Below, piece by piece: positions 45,553 through 56,666 of a stretch of DNA of 64,000 nt. Each line of letters opens with the position of its first letter. The first letter of the stretch is position 1. The notes under the pieces are model-generated. The model did not search any database. It worked only from the letters and a program-made list of their open reading frames with translations, and was not told the DNA's origin. Position numbers and translations under genes: made by a program. The stretch comes from the human T2T-CHM13v2.0 reference genome, Homo sapiens: NCBI RefSeq assembly GCF_009914755.1, contig NC_060938.1. The stretch is one strand, 5' to 3'.

Positions 45553-47171
45553 GTAAGTAAGGAAGAAAAGCCAATATCAGGTGGCTTCTCCTAAATGCAA
45601 TTAATTGCTTGATTCTATGAAACCATCCTGTGAGAAATCACAAGAACTGCGTATCAGAGCAGTCAGCACCGGGGAAGATAGGAGGAAGAATGTATTCATT
45701 AGCTCCTAACATTCACTGGACAAAAATATACCCCATAGAAGTTTAACATCACCGTCCCCCACAACGCGCGCACACACACACACACCCACACACACACGCG
45801 CGCGCGATTACAAGTTGCATATGCATGGGCATTAAACTCGATCCCATGGGGGCTCATGCCTAAAGGTCCACAGAAAAATGACCAAATGTTCTGGTGTGCC
45901 TGCGACTGAGGGGTTACGTGTGTCTTTATTAGCATCATGAGATGCTGACATCATCAGTCTTAACCCTGGGTTAAGAGACTTCCCAATGCTAAAAGCAGGA
46001 AATTCCTGGGAAAGCTAAGACTAGTTGGTTACCTTTTCACAAGGACTCCTAGATGGGAGGCAAGAGGTAACTGTACTATTAGAGTGTGCTTTTGTGAAGG
46101 TGATCAGAGATCACACAGATATGGCAATCTCTCCAGCAGCTAGAACAATGGCTTGGAGTCTGAGAAAATACAAAGCAAGGCATAATCTGATATGGTATTT
46201 GAATTTTTTCCAGAAAATTGATTCAACCATTCAATAAAATAGTCTTATTTTAACACATCCATCTTGTTTTATTAAAATCTTGTTTTATTCCCCCTAGGAA
46301 AATCAGATTTTTAATCCACAGTGTCTTGATAATTCCTTTAGGCCTTTCTTTAATTGACATGAACTCTTTTTGATTTTTTTGCTTAATTTATGGTAAATTA
46401 AATTATGATAGAAACATTTAATGCTTATTTTCCATGGCATTTGGAAGATAATATTATATTCAGTTGTGTCATCCTGATTAAACATTTTTTAAAGCCAAAA
46501 AGAAAGAGAAAAAACCATTAAAAGACTTGGCAAATGCAACCAGAAAAAAACTTTAGAAGGTTGTGCATAGGCTACATTGCATAACAGAATGAACAGTGCA
46601 CTGATCCCTTTCTGGAAGGACTATGGCTCAAATTACAGTATGTTTTATGTCCTTGTAAATGAAATCATTTGAGGGTCTCTTGTCACAGATCATATATGAT
46701 TTGCAACACTTGGCACAACTTTTTCTCTGTTCTGGAAATACCTTACAAATGAGCTAGGATCTCAAGAGTGAGTTCTGTCTTTCCAGGACAGGAAGTAAGC
46801 CTACCTAGAATTTATAGTTGTGAGGAAGCCCCAGGAAAGTGGCAATCAAGACTGGTTTCCCCTGGGGTACTAGAAGTGAAAAGCACTCATCTTAATTAGC
46901 ATTATGACTTTTTTCTTTTTTGTTTGAAAATTGTATTTCTTTGAAAAACTGGGCAGATTGGGGTTAGGTATGTAATTAAGAAAAATGCAATATGGTAGAA
47001 ATACACTATTATTTTACTTGTCTTCTTTCCAAACATGGTACATAAACTGCTCAAAGTCATATGCAACTTTATGTGTTTTTAAAGTGAGACTAAAAGTGAT
47101 TTTTGAAATCCATATTGTTTTCTTGAACTCCAAAGTTTCTTTCTAATGTGAACAATAAAAATTTCAAAATA

Positions 47172-47446
47172 TTGGGAGGCCAAGGCAGGTGGATCGTCTG
47201 AGATCAGGAGTTCGAGACCACTCTGGCCAACATGGTGAAACTTCGTTTCTACTAAAAATATAAAAATTAGCCGGACATGGTGGCACACGCCTGTAATCCC
47301 AGCTACTTGGAGGGTTAGGCGGGAGAATCGCTTGTACTCGGGAGGTGGAAGTTACAGTGAGCTAAGATTGTGCCACTGCACTCCAGCCTTGGCAACAGAG
47401 TGAGACTCTGTCTCAATAAAAACAAACAACAACAACAACAACAAAA
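47172..47446 (+). mobile_element. 5'-truncated AluS with (CAA)n tail
   Basis: Starts at ttgggaggccaagg; degenerate TSD aaaatttcaaaata/aaaattcacaata. Confidence 0.9.
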
Positions 47447-47519
47447 ATTCACAATAGCAGGTACTCCTTCAAGGCTAGAAGCAGCCTGGTATATAAAGAG
47501 CACAAGACTAAGTACAACA

Positions 47520-47960
47520 TGTTGTGGGATGAAGTGTGTCCTCCAAAAAAACATGTTAAGGGGCTGTGGAGGGCCCGCCTGGGAGGGTTAGTGATGTCTT
47601 TGCAGGTGTAATCAGGCTAAAACGAAGTCACACTAAATTAAGGTGGGGCCTAAATCCAATGCCTGGTGTTCTTATGAAAAGGCCATGTGTAGACACAGGG
47701 ACATGGAGGCACACTGCGGGAATGACAACAGAGGTAAAGTAGCGACGCAGCTGCAAGCCAAGAAACACCAAGGACAGCAGCAACCACCAGAAGCCAGGAG
47801 AGGCATGGAACAGATTCTCCCTGAGAGCCCCCATAAGGAACCAACCTGGCTGACTCCTTGATTTTGCGCTTGTAGTCTCTGTAACAGTGAGAGAATAAAT
47901 TTCTGTTGTTTTAAGCCACTCGATTGTATTTTGTTATGGCAGCCCTAGGAAATTAAAACT
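47520..47960 (+). mobile_element. MLT1C-type MaLR LTR
   Basis: ccaccagaagccaggagaggcatggaacagattctccctgagagccc...gagaataaatttctgttgttttaagccac...ggcagccctaggaaa. Confidence 0.85.
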
Positions 47961-48240
47961 AAGCGCTAAAGCCCTGGATGCTATTCCACTACAATACCTG
48001 CTACTAAACAGCAGCAGGACCCTGGGTAATATGTCACCTTCTGGAGTCTCACTGTACTTACCTGTACAGTGACTGAAGGGCTTTGAATGGATGTCCATAG
48101 CATCCCTTTTAGTTGTAAATTTCTTGGGGTCTATAATTTCAACACAAGAAAAATAAGAACAATCCCTGGTGACATAAATTCTATCAGGATAGAAAATTGG
48201 ACTACTTCATTCATTATTTCCTTAGTGCCTAGAACATGTA

Positions 48241-48544
48241 TTTATTTTATCTTTTTAAATTAATTAATTTTTGTTAAGACGGGGTCTCTGTCACCCAGGC
48301 TGGAGTGCAGTGTTGCAATCAGGGCTCGCTGCAGCCTCAGCTTCTCAGGCTCAAGTGATTCTCCTGCCTCAGCCTGGGACCACAGGTACACACTACTATG
48401 CCCAGCTAATTTTTAAATTTTATTTTTGTAGAGACAGAGTCTCTATGTTGCCCTGCCTGGTCTTGAACTACGGGCCAGGCAATCCTCCTGCCTCAGCCTC
48501 CCAAAGAGCTGGGATTACAAGCATGAGTCACTGTGCCTGGGCCA
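48241..48544 (-). mobile_element. AluJ
   Basis: Diverged Alu with AluJ-type features (gctcaagtgattctcc, gtagagacagagtctctatgttgccc). Confidence 0.85.
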
Positions 48545-50253
48545 TATATTTATTTTTGAATGGATAAATATACCAATGAATAAATAAATCTTTGTTTAAA
48601 CAATTCTCTTTATCGTAACTATTGATTCAGTGACTCCCAAATTTGACAGTCACAGTAGTTGGTAAAGTTCTTATACATAAGGTTAAAGAGAAGTATTAAC
48701 TGAAGATAAAAGTAGAGAGTAATTTCTAGGAATTTGTTCCCTTATCTCAAATAATCCTGCCTTAGTAATAACCTTTTTGTCAAGTTTCAGAGTAAACATC
48801 CTCTTAATGTATTCTCAACTAGTAGGCTAAGTGCTCAAGAAGCATTTCCGCTAAACATTGATAATGAAGGAAAGAAATTAGTTTGAAAACATTTATCCCC
48901 CTCCTCAGGAGAAAACCATTAATTTCTAAGCAGCTAACTACAGTTCCATAATAATTATTCATTCAGTGCTTGAAACATACCTAAGCAAAATGCATGGAAG
49001 ATCACTGTGTATCTAAGCACAGATTAAGTTGAAAGATGTGTGTTCTTATTTTAAAACAAAAGCTCACCAATAAGGCCCACTAGTCTGCAACCCACCAACT
49101 CTGGGAGAGAAATATGTTTCTTTTGTATATGGAGAGAAACAGGAAGCACTGATAGTGGGTGCTAATTGTTAAATGCTGTGAAAGCCACAATCAGTTCCTT
49201 TGTCATACACACACACACAAAAGGGTGTATTCTAGGGTATCTCTAAAATCTCTTAGCAAAGTCTTAGTACCCAACTCAATCCCAAAGCTTCCATTTCAGA
49301 AATGGAATTGGCCTCTAGTACAGCTTTTATAGAAACAGCATTCTCCCTGTGCTTTTGTTGTATTTGTAGAAATGGCTTTCTCCAAAGTCCCATGTTTTGG
49401 GACCACAGGCTATGGCCCCCCTCATCCATGGACACTTGGTATGCTATCTTCCTGGAGGTATAGTCCAGATGGAGCAGACCCTCCGCTGTCACCCTTGCCC
49501 ATTTTCCAGACCATTTTCTTCTCTCTGAGTAATAGTGCTGTTATGAGTTCTGAATATTTCTCCCCATGCAGACTAACAAGCTGATGTAAAGTTTTCAGGG
49601 CAAAAATGCTGATGTACTGCCTTGATTCCCAAGTCTCACGTTATGAGAAAGTTATTTCTGCTCTTGAGCTTTCAAAGAATTGAGTGATCTCTATACTGAA
49701 AAGGCACATCTGCCTAGCAAAAATATTCCATAATTGTGCATGGTCTCACCTCTCTAACTGAGGTATGAAACTATTACAATAGGACTCCTGTTAACAACAA
49801 AATCGAATGCCATCCTTCACTCTGAAGGTGACATATGTGATTCTCTCTCCTTTACTCAGCATCCAGAGGGAAACACCCCGGCACCAGCGACTTGTGAAAA
49901 GTAGCGCAATGCCAGATCTCAATCTGCATTCCAGCTGCCCATCAGAGGTTTCACTTTATAAAATGGTACCAGACAAATCCGAAGAAAAAGCCAATAACAT
50001 TTCCCAAAGAAACGCAATATTACAGACTTGCCTTGCCAAGAAATCTATAATGTGTCTCTCCAAGTTAACTTTCATATTTAAATATGTCCACTTCTGAAAA
50101 ATAACCATTGCTCTACAAATCAAGGGCTCTGAAAAGCCCTGGGAAAACAGAGATCTGTGCAGAAAAAAGAAGATGAAAGTTGGAAGCAAGAGGGAAGAGA
50201 CAAAGGTGGTCCTTTACATTTATTTCTCCCTTGATCAACATTGAATTACTTTC

Positions 50254-50341
50254 TCTTTTTTTTGTTTGTTTTTTTGAGACTGGGTCTCTCTATCTACTCC
50301 TGAATATCTGGGACAACAGGCACAGACCACTGAACCTGGTT
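50254..50341 (-). mobile_element. Internally deleted 7SL/FLAM-derived mini-SINE
   Basis: 5' and 3' ends of the Alu domain joined; 13-bp TSD ttgaattactttc. Confidence 0.7.
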
Positions 50342-51175
50342 TTGAATTACTTTCAAAATGGTGTTTTTAGAAGAGAAATAGAGCAAAGGGTTAGAAGAAT
50401 CTGGCATGTAGCATTCTTTGCAGGTATCAGTTGAAGTTGTATATACGTATCCACGTGTTTGTGGGTAAAAGTGGGCTCAGGGATGGGGCCCAGGGATCCT
50501 TCACTTAAATAAACACATATTTATGTATATTTTTAAAATAATCAAAGTGACCTTGAGAACTCAGTGTAGCAGCTCCACTTTATAGATGAATAAACTGAGG
50601 ATCAGAGAAACAAGACAGTGAGGCAGAGATCAAAAGAAAGAAACTTTCAATGCTCTCTACACCTCCAAAGCAGTCAAATGAGTTATATGGTCAATTATCT
50701 GAGAAGGAAAATGTTTGCCAAACTTGGTGTCTATGTTTCTGCTTCCCTCCAATTAACTTCCCAATCAGATAGAAAATAAAATTCTTATGTTCTTCACGAT
50801 GCGTAGATACTTTTGGGTTATAATCAATAAAGCAAAAACCAATATCCTCTTGTTAGATAGTCTTAAGCAATAATTGTATGAACTAATTCATGCAAAATAG
50901 CAGCCTATGCTTTCAAGTAGCTCTTGAAAATGAAAAATAATTACATAATGACATATATAGATCAGTGCTGTAGCAATATGGTATCACTGAGGGGATTTTT
51001 ATAAAGTACAAGTCATTATGCTCCTCCTACTGTGAGTGAAACGTTATTCCAGGTTCTGTGGATACGAAAGTGAACAAGACTACCAGATCTCATGGTACTT
51101 AGAGTCTAAAGAAGGAGATAGAGAAAAAGAGAAATATAACCTAATTACAAGTAGTGATAATTGGTATAAAGTAAA

Positions 51176-51896
51176 TGATATAGTTTGGATGTTTGTCCCC
51201 AACCCAATCTCATGCTGAATCGTAATCCCCAATGCTGGAGTCAGGGCCTGGTGGGAGGTAATTGGATCACAGAAGATCCCTCACGGCTTGGTGATGTCTT
51301 TGCAATAGTGCTTGAGTTATCATGATATTCGGTCACTTAAAAGCTTGTGTGGCCGGGTGCGGTGCCTCACGCCTGTAATCCCAGCACTTTGGGAGGGTGA
51401 GGCGGGTGGATCACCTGATGTCAGAAGTTCGAGACCAGCCTGGCCAACATGGGGAAACCCCATCCCTACTAAAAATACAAAAATTAGCTGGGCATGGTGG
51501 CATGTGCCTGTAATCCTAGCTGCTTGGGAGGCTTAGGAGAATCGCTTGAACCCAGGAGGCGGAGGTTGCAGTGAGCTGAGATCGCACCACTGCATTCCAG
51601 CCTGGATGACAGAGCAAGACTCTGTTTCAAAAACAAAAAAAAAAGAAAAGCTTGTGACACCTCCCCACTCCTACTCTCTCTCTCCCTTGCTCCTGCTTTC
51701 ACTAGATGATGTGCCTCCTACCTCTTTGCCTTCTGCCATTATTGAAAGCTCCTGGGGCTTCACCAGAAGACAAGCAGATGCCAGCACCACGCTTCCTGTA
51801 AAGTCTGAAGAACCACGAGTCAATTAAACCTCTTTTCTTCATAAATCACCCAGTCTCAGGTATTTCTTTATAACAAGGCAAGAAGGGCCTAATACA
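51176..51896 (+). mobile_element. MST (MSTB-like) MaLR solo LTR interrupted by Alu
   Basis: tgatatagtttggatgtttgtcccc...attaaacctcttttcttcataaatcacccagtctcaggtatttc...aataca; TSD gtaaa/gcaaa. Confidence 0.88.
51351..51645 (+). mobile_element. AluS nested in MST LTR
   Basis: Full Alu; TSD aaaagcttgtg. Confidence 0.93.
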
Positions 51897-51919
51897 GCAA
51901 ATGTCAGGACAAGAAGATA

Positions 51920-52440
51920 GAGAGTGGTAAAGGTCACATCTTCAGAGATGATAGAAGAACCTTTGAATGATATTGACCAACTAGCTGAATGCAGTAAATG
52001 AAGGAAATAACTGGACATTTTGGGAAAGATATTCCAGGATGACAGCGGACACTGCAATGATCTTTGCTTGGCTTGGTTGGGATGGGCAAACTGGTTCTTG
52101 TTACTGGAATCCTGAGGGAGAAGAGGGGGTTAGTGGGAAATAAGTTCGGTGACATGAACAGATCATCTGGAGCCTTCCATGCTGGATTGTGGAAAGAGGA
52201 TCAATGAGTAGTTTGGTATTCCAGGAAAGAGAAAATGTTGGCTTTGAGGAGGATGGTGGTAGTGGAGAAGTGGAGATAGTGAGAAGTGGCCATGTTTAGA
52301 TGTATTTTGAAGGTAGAGGTAACAGAATTAGATGATGCATTGGATGAGAGGGTTGAGAAAAGGAGAGGAGGTAACTCACATTCATTAGAATAAGCAACTT
52401 AGTGAATGTTTGTGATTTTTAACCCAGATGGGCGCTCAGA
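51920..52440 (-). mobile_element. L2 LINE fragment
   Basis: gtggagatagtgagaagtgg...gatgtattttgaaggtagaggtaacagaatt is typical of antisense L2. Confidence 0.65.
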
Positions 52441-53388
52441 GTAAGAAACAGGGTTGGATGGTTTATTTGGTGGTAGGGTTTGTATTAGGCAGGGTTATCT
52501 TAGAAGGACAGAACTAATAGAACACACACACACACACACGCGCGCATGCACATATAAGGGAATTTATTAAATATTAACTTACATGATCACGAGGTCCCAC
52601 AATAGGCTGTCTGCAAGCTGAGGAGCAAGAAGAGCAAGCCTGAGTCCCAAAACTGAAGAACTTTGAGTTCAATGTTTGAGGGCAGGAAGCATCCAGCACT
52701 GGAGAAAAATGTAGGCTGGAAGGCTAGGCCCATTGTCTCACCTTTTCATGTTTTTCCGCCTGCTTTATATTCGATGGCAGCTGATTAGATTGTGTCCACC
52801 AGATTAAGGGTGGATCTGCCTTCTCCAGCCCACTGACTCAAATGTTAATCTCTTTTAGGCAATACCCACACAGACACACCCAGGATTAATACTCTGTATC
52901 CCTCAATCCAATCAAGTTGACATTCACTATTAACCATCCCTAGTCCAATCCTTGTCAACTTGAACCCATACACAGCTCCTGAATTAATACATAATCTTCA
53001 AATAGAGACAGTAATGAGGTCATAATTATGCCTAACATAATATAGCTGTCCTTCATAAAACTGGAAACACACCAATCCCCAACCCAAATACTATTACATA
53101 AAGTTAACACTACTTAAATGCTGATATGATGTAATAAATCTTATGTCACATGATAAAGGAAAAGAAAATAAGATGAAGATATTTCCTTAGTACAAGTGTA
53201 TACATGCACAAACATGTTTTTAACAAAAGGAGGAAGAAATGCTCATGACAATTACAGTCCTTGTTTCTGCAGCTGGTCATGTGATCGTCGCTGGTATTGA
53301 TGACTACTTTCTTCTACTACCTATTCTGTATTCCCTTTGCCTTCAGCAATCATCTCAGCAGGTAATGGCTTTTTCCTGGTGGAGTGAC

Positions 53389-53913
53389 CTAAACCTTTAT
53401 TCCTGAAGGGTATGGGTCATTTGTAGTCCCGTCTGGGTTGGGCTGTTGTAGCTTCCCATTGACCTTAATCACAGGGCATGTTAATACTAAGAGATGCCCT
53501 AATGGATCTCCTGTATTCCATGCGTACTCTTCCTTACCTTCATTGTGGAGTAGTAGGCTGATTTCATCATGATAGTCTGGGTCAATCACCTTAGCCAACA
53601 CTGTAACTCCCTTTTTAGCCTGTTGACTTAAATGTAGGAAGAGCACGAAGTGTCCAGGTGGCAATCTTAACATCCAGTTTGATGGGATTGTTGTTGAGTC
53701 TCCTCGTGGCAGCATTCCTCCCTCTGGAACTAAGACCTCTAGGCCAGCAGAATGTAATGTCATGGGAACAAGAAGCAAAAATTTTGCTAGAGGATCACTA
53801 GGGGTGATGGTGAGTGGTGTCACTTCCACTTCCACCCCTTGATTCCTGGACCCGTGAATCCTGGCTATGAGAGAAACAGTACCATGTACTGAATGCTGAT
53901 TCAGAGCATACAC
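53389..53913 (-). pseudogene. HERV-L integrase C-terminus and dUTPase remnant
   Basis: dUTPase motifs (SAGLEV, LRLPPGHF, VIDPDYHDEISLLLHN) placed downstream of integrase as in ERV-L. Confidence 0.85.
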
Positions 53914-53934
53914 AGCCTTCTGGAGAACTTTGCC

Positions 53935-54613
53935 TCAGCCCTGCCAAGTATTGTCACCTAATTGGCATTGTAATTGTGACTTTAAAAGGCCATTCCACCG
54001 TTCTATTAATCCAGCTACTTCAGGATGATGGGGAACAGGGTAGGACCAGTGAATTCCATGAGCATGAGCCCACTGCTGCACTTTTTTAGCTGTAAGGTGA
54101 GTGCCTTGGTCAGAGGCAATGTTGTGTGGAATACCATGAGGGTGGATAAGGCATTCTGTGAGTCCATGGATGGTAGTCTTGGCAGAAGCACTGTGTGCAG
54201 GACAGGCAAATCCATATCCAGAGTAAGTGTCAGTTACAGTGTCCTTTCCATGATGGAAGAGGTCCAATATAATCAACCTGTCAGCAGGTAGCTGGCTGAT
54301 CACCCCAAGAAATGGTACCATATCGAGGGCTCAGTGTTGGTCTCTTCTGCGGGCAAATTGGGCACTCAGCAGTGGCTGTAGCCAGGTCAGTCTTGATGAG
54401 CAGAAGTCCATGTTGCTGAGCCCATGCGTAACCTCCATCCCTGCCACCACGGCCACTTTGTTCATGGGCCCATTGGGCGATGACAGGGGTGGCTGGGGAA
54501 AGAGGCAGAGTGGTATCCACAGAATGGGTCATCATATCCACTTGAATATTAAAATCCTCCTCTGGTGGGGTCACCCATTGGTGAGCACTCACATGGGATA
54601 CAAATATCTTCAC
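53935..54613 (-). pseudogene. HERV-L pol remnant: end of RNase H and integrase (frameshifted)
   Basis: HVSAHQ; zinc-finger region WAHEQSG...CPIC; core DTYSGYGFA, IASDQGTH, GLIERWNGLLK; split over two frames with stops. Confidence 0.88.
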
Positions 54614-56372
54614 AGTTTTTCACCATTCAGAGAGGTCCATCCACATACCTCTTCCCCAAATTTCTTTGTCACCAATTTTCCAATCATGCTTCTTCCAAAT
54701 CCCTGACCATCCAGCCTAACCATTGGCTACAGCCCATGAATCAGTATATAATCACACATCTGGCCATTTCTCCTTCCATGGAAAGTGCACAACTAGGTGC
54801 ACTGCTCAAAGTTCTGCCCACAGAGAAGATTTCCCTTCACTTCACCACTGTCCTTCAGGGATGTCCTAGAAAGGGGTTGCAGTGCTGCAGTCAGGGTTCT
54901 CTTAGAGACACAGAACTAATAGGTGATATATATAAATATATATCTCCATATATATTTATATATATCATATATGTTTATATATATCCATATATATATTATA
55001 TATATAGGAGTTTATTAAGTATTAACTTACATGATCACAAGGTCCCACAATAGGCTGTCTGCAAGCTGAGGAGCAAAGAGGGCCAGTCGGAGTCCCAAAA
55101 CTGAATAACCTGGAGTCCGATGTTTGAGGACAGGAAGCATCTAGCACAGGAGAAAGATGTAGGCTGGGTGGCTAGGCCTGTCATCTCGCCTTTTCACATT
55201 TTTCTGCCTGCTTTATACTTGCTGGAAGCTGATTAGATTGTGCCCATCAGGTTAAGGGTGGCTCTGCCTTCCCCAGCCCACTGACTCAAATATTAATCTC
55301 TTTTGGGCAACGTCCACACAGACACACCCAGGATTAATACTCTGTATCCCTCAATCCAATCAAGTTAACATTCAGTATTAACCATCCCAGAGAGGGTTCG
55401 AAAATCACCTGCTGAGGCTGAGTGGGATATCAGATTTACAAATGAAGCTGTCAAATGGACGATTTATAGAGGAAACTGAAGTTCAGAATTGACTACTATT
55501 AGTCTTAGATGTGTGCTAAAAATCTGGATTTTGCTAAAAGCTCTCATTGTTTTGGAATCATGGCTTCAGCAAATTCCTAAATGTGGTGACTCCCACCATG
55601 AAGTCTTAAAAGATTCTTTCTTCCCTCCCTTATAAATTTGCCAGAAGGAAATCGAATTTTTTTGTAAGTTTGCCTGAGGACAATGTACTTTTTTAAAAAA
55701 CCTTAATTCCAGGGTTGAATTGTATCTCACTGAATATTTGTTTGCTATTCTGTTTGCTTTTATTTATTTATATATTGAATTTGGCAGGACCCATGATTAG
55801 CTTAGGCTGCTTGAGATCATGGTGCTATGGTTTATTTATGCAATACCATTCTTCTACAGTATTAGCTGAATAAATCCAAGACCGATTTGTTGAGTATTTG
55901 GGTGTGTGTTTCTGAGAAGCAACAGATAGAGTGGTCTTTTTTTCAAGAAAGGCTTAAAAAGGCATATGCTGCTGATTTCACAGAGTCTTCTGAAATGATC
56001 TCTCAGCATTGAGATCCAAAATTTTGAAGCCTTATGGATCTGGCCTTGCACATAGTTATCTAAACTCATTTGGCCGATAAATATTTCATTTGGCCTGAGA
56101 AATCTGCTTTTGCTCTGTACACATTTACCAGTGTCACTCTACTTCTTCATTTTGTCGTAAACCACATGCAAATCTGTGACTGTAGTTATGCAACAAATAA
56201 CTTACCAGGGAAAATGAAAATAAATATGATCATGACATGACATACACATCTTTTGATGGAATTTACTAAATTAAATACATACTTAAGTAAAATGTATTGA
56301 ATTTTCTTTTGTCTTATTTCCATCATTTATATCTGGTAAATTTTTTTTGGTTCAACTAGTGATTTCTTATTT

Positions 56373-56666
56373 ATTTATTTATTTTTGAGATGAAGTCTTG
56401 CTCTGTCACCTGGGCTGGAGTGCAGTGGCACGATCTTGGCTCACTGCAACCTCCACCTCCTGGTTCAAGTAATTCTCCTGCCTCTGCCTCCCGAGTAGCT
56501 GGGATTACAGGTGTGCGCCACCATGCCCAGCTAATTTTTGTATCTTTAGTGGAGACAGGCTTTCACCATGTTGGCCAGGCTGGTCTCAAACTCCTGACCT
56601 TGTGATCCACCCACCTCGGCCTCCCAAAGTGCTGGGATTACAGACGTGAGCCACCGCGCCCAGCCC
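56373..56666 (-). mobile_element. AluS
   Basis: Full Alu; TSD tgatttcttattt. Confidence 0.93.

Larger units (their letters stand above)
52481..55389 (-). mobile_element. Internally deleted HERV-L provirus with two MLT2A LTRs
   Basis: Two similar ~460-500 bp direct repeats (52481-52941 and 54889-55389) bracketing ERV-L pol 3' and dUTPase sequence. Confidence 0.93.

Noticed and set aside
54565-55053. 162-aa plus-strand ORF
   Set aside because: Antisense to HERV-L pol, running through the deletion junction and a TA repeat; no sign of coding function
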